NCBI GenBank assembly: GCA_964019335.1 | Contig: OZ025721.1 | Span: 248,001-312,000, forward strand | Direction of reading: 5' to 3' | DNA: 64,000 bases | From: Diplonema japonicum | Lineage: Eukaryota > Protista > Euglenozoa: Diplonemea | Shown here: piece by piece, positions 55,201 to 64,000 of the stretch | Layout of the letters: each line of letters starts with the position of its first letter | Numbering within the stretch: the stretch's first letter is position 1 | Notes under the pieces: generated by a model | The model's input: the letters and a program-made list of their open reading frames with translations, nothing else | Told to the model about the DNA's origin: nothing | Database searches by the model: none | Made by a program: the position numbers and the translations under genes

Positions 55201-56457
55201 CATATAGAAAGAAAAAAGAAAAAAAAAAAGAAAAAAAGAAGGACAGATGATTCAAGCTTCGGTGTACACGATCGAGCTTGATTTGAATTCCTTTATTTTT
55301 GAGAAAAAAAAAAAAAGAAAAAAAAAAAAAAAAAAGAAGAATATATAAAAAAAAAAAAAAAACTGTAGAACGAAACTTAATTGAATTGAATTTATTGGCT
55401 CCCGAAAGCCCAACAAGTCCAGCAGACGGTGGAGTTTCACAGTCAGCTGGTTAATTTTTCACAATTGAAACTCCTCCAAAGTTCTTAAAATCTGGGAGGT
55501 CGTCTCTTGTTACTAGAGGCGGCTAATGCCTCGAGACCCAGGTGCTGCCTGGTGGGTGGGATCGGTTTTATTTTATTATGAAAAGAGCGTGGTGAGGGGG
55601 TCCAAGTAATTTACAACAGGGAGCAGCGGACCAGGACCCCTCGACCAATGGCTCAGTAACAGAGACTGCTTTTCACGAATCACTTTCAAACACCTCTCTT
55701 GGTTTGAAGTGATGTCCCATTCCCTTTGGTTTTCTCTACTCCCCTTCGATCCTCCCGCCTGATAGTGGAATATTTATAAAAAAAGCGATTTGTAAGCGTA
55801 AATGGTCTAGTGGTAGAATGGCTCCCTGCCACGGAGTCGGCCCGGGTTCGATTCCCGGTTTACGCATTTTTTAAATCACTAAATTGACAGTGTGCTGCGA
55901 CTCTGATAAAGTACTTTTATGATGAAGGGGCCGCACCGCCGAGGCGAGGCAGGGGAAGCCCACAGAACAGAGTCAATATTGGCACACCTGAGATTTACAC
56001 AGAGACACTGAATTGCGAAGAAGGCGACGGACTGCTGAGCTGTAGTGCGTCAAGTGCTGCGGTAAATATGTCGGGACAACCCAGCAGAAGGAGGGCACAG
56101 CTTGACAGCATGCTCAATGCACAGGTGTGTATTGATATCATTTCTTAGTGAAAAGAATCCTCACAGGACTATCTGGGAAGAACCCCTCTGCACTATGCAG
56201 TACTTGGCAACCACATTAAAATAACGCAAGAGCTTCTTAGTGAAAAAGTCGACACCCGGCTTGCAGACCACAAAGACTCAAGGGTCGACGACACAAGCCC
56301 TCACATACAGCCTTGCAAAGGTTACACAGTACTGGAGTATGCCACAGAAGCGAAAAACACGCAGATGGTCAAGGTGTGAGATAATCATTCTTTTACCAAC
56401 AACACACAGATCTTGCAAGCGTACTTCGACTTGCCGCCGAGCCCTTGTACACCATGA
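46208..56457 (+). CDS. 7TM-like membrane protein with ankyrin repeats; exons 46208-47881, 55891-56124, 56167-56373, 56410-56457
   Basis: Splicing across the 8009-nt intron restores the ankyrin repeat FHYCCFLGQDK|CAATLIKY. The next junction gives LNAQ|DYLGRTPLHYAVLGNH. All exon lengths keep frame. Confidence 0.88.
48190..51980 (+). mobile_element. Ingi-like LINE copy (2A-APE-RT), frameshifted, RNase H missing; 5' boundary approximate
   Basis: APE motifs LSLNVRS, LLQET, AGDMNAH, GSDHVP. RT motifs KAPGPDGI, QAGFR, GVPQG, YADD. Compared with the intact copy it has a 2-nt deletion near 50545 and a 1-nt deletion near 51405, and identity stops at about 51846. A-tail followed by GCGATTTTAA. Confidence 0.93.
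48856..48894 (+). other. 2A-like ribosomal skip peptide LLSCGDIEANPGP, in frame with the APE domain
   Basis: Exact D(V/I)ExNPGP consensus in the 49033 reading frame, which is open from about 48652. Confidence 0.9.
51991..52110 (+). ncRNA. HDV-like self-cleaving ribozyme
   Basis: P1 GGGGTC/GGCCCT; P2 GGCTGCTC/GAG(G)CAGCT; P3 ACC/GGT; L3 TCCCAGT; P1.1 CC/GG; GCAA; P4 CGTGTAC/GTGCACG; J4/2 GCTAA with catalytic C at 52098. Confidence 0.8.
51991..53208 (+). mobile_element. Non-autonomous retroelement (about 1.2 kb) with a 5' ribozyme and (TTA)n tail
   Basis: Bounded by AAAAGCGATTT copies (51977 and 53209). Ends GGCAGTGGAACAGA(TAT)n. No recognisable ORF. Confidence 0.8.
53221..53579 (+). mobile_element. 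5'-truncated short retroelement related to 51991-53208
   Basis: Starts GAAATCCTTAAGACGATCCT (matches 52664). Ends GGCAGTGGAACAAA(TAT)n. Flanked by AAAAGCGAT copies. Confidence 0.8.
53589..55778 (+). mobile_element. 5'-truncated LINE of a second Ingi-like subfamily (RT tail, RNase H, CCHC; ORF 53712-54938) with a long 3' UTR
   Basis: Begins directly after AAAAGCGAT with PVFRYCLGAYG. RNase H motifs IFTDGS, YRCE, CTDSQS, YVPSHCG..NEMAD; CHLC..H..C. Ends TAGTGGAATATTTAT just before the tRNA leader. Confidence 0.88.
55796..55866 (+). tRNA. tRNA-Gly(GCC), intronic, same strand as host gene
   Basis: GCGTAAA..GCTCC-CT-GCC-AC-GGAGT..CCGGG-TTCGATT-CCCGG-TTTACGC-A; T6 terminator. Confidence 0.96.
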
Positions 56458-56513
56458 GAATGGGATCTCTATGCATTTATTTTGCTCTCTCTTTTTTCTT
56501 TTTCTTTTTTCTA

Positions 56514-56610
56514 AGAAAAACCACCGTCGTACGGTAACCAAAATAACTTTTTTTCTTTTCTCCCCGCAAAGAGTCTGCAAGCAGAATATTTGCCACAAGT
56601 TACGGTAACT
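56514..56610 (+). repeat. Degenerate solo end of the 4347-4870 MITE family
   Basis: AGAAAAACCACCGTCGTACGGTAACCAAAATAACTTTTTTT resembles the MITE TIR; second TACGGTAAC near 56601. Confidence 0.55.
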
Positions 56611-57148
56611 CAGATCCCCCCCCTATTTTTCTTTTCCATGTTTTCACTTTCTTATTTCGTTCTTGTTTCGCTCGCTACATCAAGAGGAAGGGCAGGGCTG
56701 GGGGGGGGGGGGGGGGGAGAGTAAGCACGGCCCACGTTAAGGACAAACACACTTCGTTGTCACTCCAGGCATCGAAATAATTGACCCAGAAAAAAAAATC
56801 AAGAATACTGTACTTTTGGAGACAAAGAAAAGAAGGTGGTGAATAGGTTGGTAAGAAAAAAAAATCAGTTAGTTCCCCAGTGTGTTGGCCGTACTCTGTT
56901 CCAATTGTCTTTCCCCCCCATTCTTTTTTTATTCTTTTCAAACCAAATGTAGGTTCAACTAACCTTTTTTTTTCTTGCATTGCGCCTTCTTATATTTTGT
57001 ACCTTACCACCTTCTCTCTCTTCCTTAACAACTTTTATCCGAGATAACCAGTTCATTTTTTTCCTTCTCCCCCCCCCCCCCCCCATTGATATCCGCCCTC
57101 TAGTTTCAAAACCCTTAAAAAAAAGGATTAAAAAAAAAAAGAAAGAAA

Positions 57149-58256
57149 ATGCCAGACAGAAGACGGCGTCGGAGGAGGTATGTTTTCCTCTATCCCCCTT
57201 TTTTGCCCTCATCTACTCTTCACTTCACAGCACGTCAACCAGCAGTAGTTCTGCGAGCAGCAGGAGGGCGAAAAGGAGGGCGAAGCGAACCGCAGGATCT
57301 TCCCTATGGGGCTCAATGGAAGAACCTGGCCTCAAAGGGGCACCCGTACCCGAGGGTGCTGTTAAGGGACACGCACAGGGCGTCACATTTGTGGCAAACC
57401 CTGGTAGTGACGCAGCTCTGCAGGCAGCGGCCATGCGGCAAGCAGTAGAAAACAGCAACCTAACCCTTGACGATGAAGCCATGGCTCTCTCAGGCTCCCA
57501 GGCAAAAATCGCCCTCATGCACAAGCTCCAACAAAGCCGTGGAGTAGGCGGCAATACAGCCGCTGCGCTCCCTGTCCCCACAAGGCCTGTGGAGCGCTCA
57601 AAACGCGCGAAACCAGAACTTTTAAACCCATTGATGGCAGGGCCTGGGAGACGGAACATGGCAGGGGGTCGGAAGGAGTCCGAGAAGCCGAAAGAAGACC
57701 TTGAAGTGAACACCTTCGCAAAACGAACGGCAGAGCTCGATGTCCCGCAGGACAAACGGGAGCTGATAAGAGGGCTAGGGGAACGACACAACTGTGTCGT
57801 GACACTGAAAGAAGGAGACTGGGTGAAAATCAAAGGCCCTCCCCAGGGCGTGGAGGCTGCGCTACGGGACTTCGCAGGGTCCCTCGGGTCCGCACCAGCA
57901 CTGGTGTCTGACGGGACAGCCAGCTCAAGGGTCATGGCACTGTCCAACATGGTCGCACGGCCAGAGGACATCGACGACGACCTCGTCAACAGCATCAAAC
58001 AAGAGTGTCAGAAGTTCGGGCCCGTCTCCAACCTGCTGGTATACGACGAGCACCAGCACGACGGCAGCATCGTCTCTAAAGTACTTGTGCAGTTCCAATT
58101 CCCCACCAGTATCGTGAGATGCCTTTCTGTTATGGGTGGCAGGTATGTGGGAAAGAAAAGGAGGGGGAAACAAAAAAATGCAGGCTCTTCGATGGCCGAC
58201 GCCTCAAAGCTGAGTACTTTTGTGAAGATGCGTTCGATGGCATTCTTGCGTCTTAA
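57149..58256 (+). CDS. PUF60/SPF45-like UHM splicing factor with a KH-like insert; introns 57178-57230 and 58143-58183
   Basis: MALSGSQAKIALMHKL; VMALSNMV..DIDDDL..IKQECQKFGPV. The spliced UHM motif reads MGG|RLFDGRRLKAEYF. Arg/Ser-rich N-terminus. Confidence 0.8.
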
Positions 58257-58373
58257 ACAGGGAAAATAAAAGAACGAAACCAAATTAGGAGGGGGGGGGG
58301 GGGGGGGGGGAAAGTGTAATCTTTGTTTGTTCTCTTCTTCTTTGCAACAATCGACACAGGGGTGAGGGGCACG

Positions 58374-60626
58374 ATGATTATAGGCCGAAGGACCCTGAGG
58401 TACCCTGCCGAGGTGCTTGCGCGGCGCCAGAGGCGAAGGAACCAAGGCATGGACATACCAGAGCTCGACCTTGATGAACTGGTGCCTCAAAAGGGCAAGT
58501 CGGATGAAAAGGGGTTCTTTGAGCTAGCTGGTGAGTTTGATCCTGTTGTTCCTACTCCGCCCCCTCCTCCTACAACCCCTGAAGCTCCACAGGGTGTGGC
58601 AGGTAAGCCGCCCCCAAAGACGAGTAAGAAAGTAGTCCCGAACAGACCCGTGCACACTAAAGTAGATGCACCGGTGCCTCCTCTACCTCCTAAGCATCCA
58701 CAGCCACACAAAGACAAGAAGCGCACAGCGGCTGAGCACAAGCCGCCCCCGGTTTCTCAGCAGGCACCCCCACCGCGCAGCGCGAAACAAGGACATAACC
58801 CCCCCCCTCCTCAAGGTGTCGAAGCTCCGTCACCGCCGCCTCTGCAGCACGGACCTCTCCCACCGCGTGCTGCACATGCAGTGCCACCTCCATCTAAAAC
58901 ACAGTTGCATGCAGCACCGCCGCCACCGCAGGCATCTCATGCAGCACCGCCACCGCCGCAAGCTTCTCGTGCAACATCGCCGCCACCGCAAGCGTCTCAT
59001 GCGGCACCGCCACCGCCTCAGGCTTCTCGTGTAGCACCGCCGCCACCGCAGGCATCTCACGCAGCACCGCCGCCACCACAACCGTCTCATACACCGCCGC
59101 CACCACAACCGTCTCATACACCGCCGCCGCCGCAAGCGTCTCATGCAGCACCGCAGGCATCTCACGCAGTACCGCCACCACAAACGTCTCATTCGGCACC
59201 GCCGCCACCGCAAGCTTCTCATGTGGCACCGCCGCCACCACAACCGTCTCATGTGGCACCGCCGCCGCCGCAGGCATCTCATGCAACACCTCCACCGCCG
59301 GAAGCACAGTTACATGTGACACCGCCACCGCCGCCGGAAGCACGGTTGCATGCAACACCCCTTCCGCCTTCTACGCCTCACGGGCCAACACATGCTGTAC
59401 CGCCGCCTCCTCAGGCGTCTCATGCCCCACTTCCTCCGCCGCCGCCGCAGGCACCGTTTCATGCACCTCCGCAGGGAGTGCATGTCCCGCCACCTTCTGC
59501 AGGCGCCCCTCCGCCTCCGTCAAGCGCTCTTTCTGCAAGCAGTCCACCACCTCCAACGGGAGCCCCACCTCCCCCTCTTGCGAAAGAAGAGATGACACCA
59601 AAAGCAACGAAGGTAGAAGAGAAACCACACCCGCCTCATGCAGAACCTGTGGAAGAAAAGATGGTGCCTCCTCCACCAGCATCCGTTGAAAAAGGGGCAG
59701 GGGTGGAAACACAGGAGTCCGAAAACCCGAAGAAGAAAAGTACATGGTCAAAGTTTAAGGAAATGAAGCGGAATAAAAAGGAACAAACGCGGACAGAGAC
59801 TTATAAACCACAGGCAGAAGTGCTTGAGGATAAACTGAAGGAAGTGGTGCGTGATGAGCTGGAACCTGAGCAAATGAAAGTGGTGCCAGAGAAAAAAGCA
59901 GGCAGTGATGAGAAGCCACGGAACGAGGCACTGCCTCCTCCACCTCCACCACAGCTTTCCGTACAAGCCACACAAGAAACTATGCCGCCCCCTCCACCTC
60001 CTTCGTCCCCTGAGGCAGCAAAAGAAGATGCACCACCACCACCACCGTCACCGTCTCCACGGTTGCAACAACAGATGGAGTCTACTTCGCCGATGCCACC
60101 ACCACCACCACCACCACCACCACCGTCACCGTCTCCACGGTTGCAACAACAGATGGAGTCTACTTCGCCTCTGCCGCCACCGCCACCGCCACCGCCACCA
60201 CCACCACCGCAGGGTATGGTGTCCGATTCGGCCGGTACATCTCAACCGCCTCCACCCCCTCCATCTGCGCCAAAGGAAGCAAGCTCTGAAGCGCTCCCTC
60301 CTCCACCCCCTCCAACTGCACCGGAATCAATGACAGAACTTGGCAAAGAGGAACCGAAAGAACCTGTCAGTGAGCCTTCAGACGACACAAAGGGGTGGAG
60401 GACTATCTCCAGGCCAGCACGGAAAGTCGCAAAGAACACGGAACAAAACGAGGAAATAGAAAAATCGCCAACAGTGGATCCAGTATCCCCTACGCGAGTC
60501 CTAATGGACCCGGACGAACTCGAGAAGTGCAGAACCGATCTTGCCGCTGCACAGGCTTCTCTTAAAAAAGTCAAAGACATCATCACGATGGCACTTGCAA
60601 TTGCCTTGGTTTTTGTTGGATTGTCG
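58374..60626 (+). CDS. Proline-rich repeat protein with a TM segment; first exon, probably continues beyond the window
   Basis: ATG at 58374. Hydrophobic IITMALAIALVFVGLS is followed by GTATG, a donor-consensus site at 60627. The acceptor is not in the window. Confidence 0.7.
58905..59345 (+). repeat. Coding minisatellite, about 30-nt units (QASHAAPPPP)
   Basis: About 14 degenerate units; a further duplicated SPSPRLQQQMESTSP block at about 60045-60175. Confidence 0.9.
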
Positions 60627-60650
60627 GTATGAAAATCGGGGTAAAAAAAA

Positions 60651-60722
60651 TGCGCTCGCCGGGAGTCGAACCCGGGCCGCTCGCTTGGAAGGCGGGAATA
60701 CTGACCGTTATACCACGAGCGC
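60651..60722 (-). tRNA. tRNA-Gly(TCC), antisense, in a probable intron
   Basis: Reverse complement GCGCTCG..CCCGC-CT-TCC-AA-GCGAG..CCGGG-TTCGACT-CCCGG-CGAGCGC-A; T8 terminator. Confidence 0.94.
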
Positions 60723-60738
60723 TTATGATTTATTTTTT

Positions 60739-61261
60739 AATAATAATAATAATAAATGAACCACTGACGTGCGAAGCAAAGGCTGGGGGGGGACAGAACA
60801 GGTGGACCAAGGGTCTCCCTGTATCTAACGAAAGGGGGAAAGGAATGTGATAACCTTGAAACTTCCGCTAAACTATCCATACGTACCGAGGACGGAGGTG
60901 GGGCCGGTTCGTGGGCTCCAGTGTTCGCGACTTCGCCCACCTCCGTGACCCCGGCAGCTCTCCAGCCCGCTTCCCAAGCCAGCACCCTTCGGGCGAACCT
61001 CCGGGTTTTTGAGGAGTGGGGTACCTCGTCCGTGCTCGCCCTCACGAGCGGCACACTGGCACGGAGGCATCCCCTTCAGCCAGCTTTGTTGGGCGGCGGA
61101 GCCTTAGAAAATTCAAAACAAAGGGAAATGATACGGGGGGATGTGTGAAGGGGCGGGGAAAGGTGAAGACAGAAGTTGGGGTGCACGACAGGGTAATAAT
61201 GGGAAACACAGGGGGAGGGGGAGAGGGTTCACTAGTACTTTTTGGTTCACTTTTTTCTGTT

Positions 61262-61297
<36 letters not shown>

Positions 61298-64000
61298 CTA
61301 CGTCCTGCGATTGCGGTCAGCGGCTCGGCGGTCGTGAGAGTCTCAGATGAGGTCCATCCTCTTCAGGTAGGAGGCGGTTTCACTCACCCTCATTGTGAGC
61401 ATCTCCTTCGTGGTCGTGGGGATGTCATCCCCGAAGATCTCTTCGCGGACCTTGTCTCCAGCTGGGCACCCGATCAGCAGATGGTGTCTGTCCTGGATCG
61501 AATGGCACGAGAGGCAACGTATGTCATTCTGGACGGGTTTCGACAGGAAACCGCAAGTCAGGTGGCTCCTGCCCGTTCGCAGTCTCGTTATCTGTACCTC
61601 ATCGTGTCTGCAGGACAGTTCCTTCAAGGGGAGGTACCTCGCGCCGATCTCCTCTCGGTACTTCTTGTCCCGACCCGTCTTCTCCCACGAGGCTGCCCAG
61701 TCGCGGTTCACCGACCTCTTGATGAGGCTCTTTGTGGTCATCAGGTCCGTCGGTCCGTCCGGTGTCGACTCCTTTGCGGCGCGTTTGGCGTGTCGGTCGG
61801 CTTGCTCGTTACCTGGTAGGCCGCAGTGTCCGGGAACGTACTGGATGATGGTGGAGAGGCCTTGGCGGTCAAGCGCGTCCAGCCATTTCCAAGCCAGCAG
61901 TTCCTCCATCTGCCTCATCTCTCTGTGGCCCTGCATCAGTCTTCTGATCACCGACTGGGAGTCCGAGCACAGCAGCACTACTCCGGTCGTCACACCTTGT
62001 CTCCGGGTATGGTACAGTGTCAATTGCAGCCCCAGGTTCAGCGCTTTCAGTTCGCATCGGTAGGCCGAAGTCACTGCTCCTCCGCTCTTGCGTGCCTGCT
62101 TCGGTGTGTCAGACCCGATCCTTATCACAGCTGCCGAACCGCCGTTCCTGTGTCCGGTGACTGACCCGTCGGTGTAGACGATCACATCTGGGATGCCGTG
62201 CCTCCTGATCGATTCGAAGGCCGCTCGGAGTTTGAGACTTTTTTCGTCCTTCTTGTGTACCTTGCGGACTAGGTCGGGGTGGAACAGGACTTTGGGTTGG
62301 ACCCATGGAGGGAGCTGCAGGTCTGCGCTCTGAGTGACTGAGTGGTGTGGTAGGTCTTCGCGTTCCGGCATCCCGTGACTCTTCGCCAAGTCGAGCGCGG
62401 TGTTTCGCCAGCTTTTCCCGTACCACATCTGACCCCCGGATATCTTTGTTGCCTTCTCCGCTGTCGTCCCTGGTTGACGCTGTGCCTTCTCGTAGAGCAC
62501 CAGGGTGTCGTGTTCCAGCAAGGATTCAATCTCCCAGATGCCCGCCTCTGACCTGGTCACCGTCGCGGAAGTCTTGTCGAAGCATCCCGTTATCAACCTC
62601 GCTGCTGTGTATTGTAGCGAGTCGAACTCGGCCAGAGCAGCATGTCCCACGAAGTTGCCGTAAGCACCGAGACAGTAGCGCAGAACCGGTTGGACGTACG
62701 TCAGGTACAGCGTCCTTAGGGTGTGCTTGCGGCAGCCCCACCTTGTTCCGGCGAGTTTGCGCAGCAGGCGAAGACGGCTGTTGATCTTTCCCTTCACCTT
62801 CTGCACATGCTCGTGGAAGTTCATGCTTTCGTCGAAGGTGACGCCAAGATATTTAGCCTCGCGTACCACCTTGACTTTCGCCCCACTCGAGGGGAAGCGG
62901 GCGTTGATGAGGTTTGCGAGACTGTCGTGCGAGTTCCAGAACTGTCCCTCTACCGGCATGAACTCTGTCTTTTCCTGGGACAGTTTCATCGAGAACGTCT
63001 CGCACCATCGCTCCGTGAGGCTCACCGCGCGTTGCACCTTCTTGTTCAGCTCGGCAGGACTCCCCGCCTCCAGCACTATCGCTATGTCGTCTGCGTACAC
63101 TACCGCGTCGATTCCAGCCTTCCTGTACAACCTGGCCAGGTCGTTGACGTAGATGGAAAAGAGCTGCGGGGCCAGGATGGTGCCTTGGGGTACGCCCCCT
63201 GTCATTGTCTTCACGCAGCCGTGTTCCCCGTTCACACAGACGGAGGCTTTACGTTGGTCGAGGAAAGAGGTGATCCATTTCACGAGCTTGGGAGGGTAAC
63301 CGTCGCCTATCAGCTTTGCGATCACTCCCTTGTGCCAGACTGTGTCGAAGGCTCCTTTGAAGTCGAACAGCAGGAGACCCCCCAGACCTTGGCTCAGCCT
63401 GACACTTTTGAGCTTTGAGGCGGCGTACAGCACGTTTTCCTCCGTGGACCTCCCTTTCCGGAAACCCGCCTGCGATGTGTGCAATTGCCTTACCCGTCCT
63501 GTGTCCTGCAGGAAGCACATCCTGTCCTTGACTATTCGCTCCAACGTCTTCACGATGTTTGACGTCAGCGCGATCGGCCTGTACGAGGCGGGTTCGGATT
63601 GGTCTTTGCCCTTTTTCATGAGGGGGATGATGGAAGACCGCCTCCATTCGGCAGGGACGACACCGGTCTGGAGGGATGAGTTGTAGAGGAGGAGTAGAAC
63701 TTCCCTGGCCACCGGTCCCAGGTACTTCAGCATTTCGTTGTAGATGCCGTCTGGGCCCGGAGCCTTGCCCTTCTTCAGCCTTCGCAGCACCGAGTCCAGC
63801 TCGTCCTTCGTTACCAGGGGGAAGTCGTTGTCTGTCCCGGGCTTCGCGTCCTTCTTGATGGTGGTGATCACTTCCTCCGACTTGGCAGTCGTCCTTGGGG
63901 AGCAGGCCCTCGCGTAGTGTTCGACGAGTACACTGGCCTTCTCCCTGTCGGTGGTGGCGATACCGTTTCCTCGTCGGAGCGGGGCTATTGGTGGCTTCTC
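60739..64000 (-). mobile_element. Ingi-like LINE, uninterrupted ORF (RT-RNase H-CCHC, stop at 61343), about 600-nt 3' UTR ending in (TTA)n; 5' part outside the window
   Basis: YRPIALTS, GVPQG, YADD, VYTDGS, CSDSQS, YVPGHCGLPGNEQAD, CLSC..HH..C. Near-identical to 50151-51846. The tail ends 16 nt upstream of tRNA-Gly(TCC). Confidence 0.95.

Noticed and set aside
55465-55535. Second HDV-like ribozyme (hairpin followed by GCTAA)
   Set aside because: No convincing P1, P2 or L3 could be assembled.

Overview
Eukaryotic genomic DNA, most likely a euglenozoan and probably a diplonemid. This is inferred from about 22 protein genes all on the + strand, short GT-AG introns, and Ingi-like LINEs. Intergenic DNA is rich in homopolymers. 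Many genes are split by 32-76 nt introns that the ORF track misses. I rebuilt the spliced models by hand, including BCKDHB, POL5/MYBBP1A, a DEAH helicase, a PUF60-like UHM protein, an mS34-like/RRM protein and a 7TM-ankyrin protein. The main finding is a tRNA-anchored retroelement system. All four tRNA genes (Arg-ACG, His-GTG, Gly-GCC, Gly-TCC) lie inside introns of protein genes, with their 3' ends 24-28 nt from a splice site (the Gly-TCC intron runs off the window). Three of the four have Ingi-like non-LTR elements inserted just upstream. In front of tRNA-Gly(GCC), four elements are stacked head-to-tail, separated by copies of the tRNA's own upstream sequence (AAAAGCGAT[TTG]), which inflates one intron to 8 kb. 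The family includes a 2A-APE-RT(-RNase H) LINE, a non-autonomous element that starts with an HDV-like ribozyme, and a RIME-like short derivative. Two TIR DNA elements are also present: a Sola-like transposon relic and a MITE.
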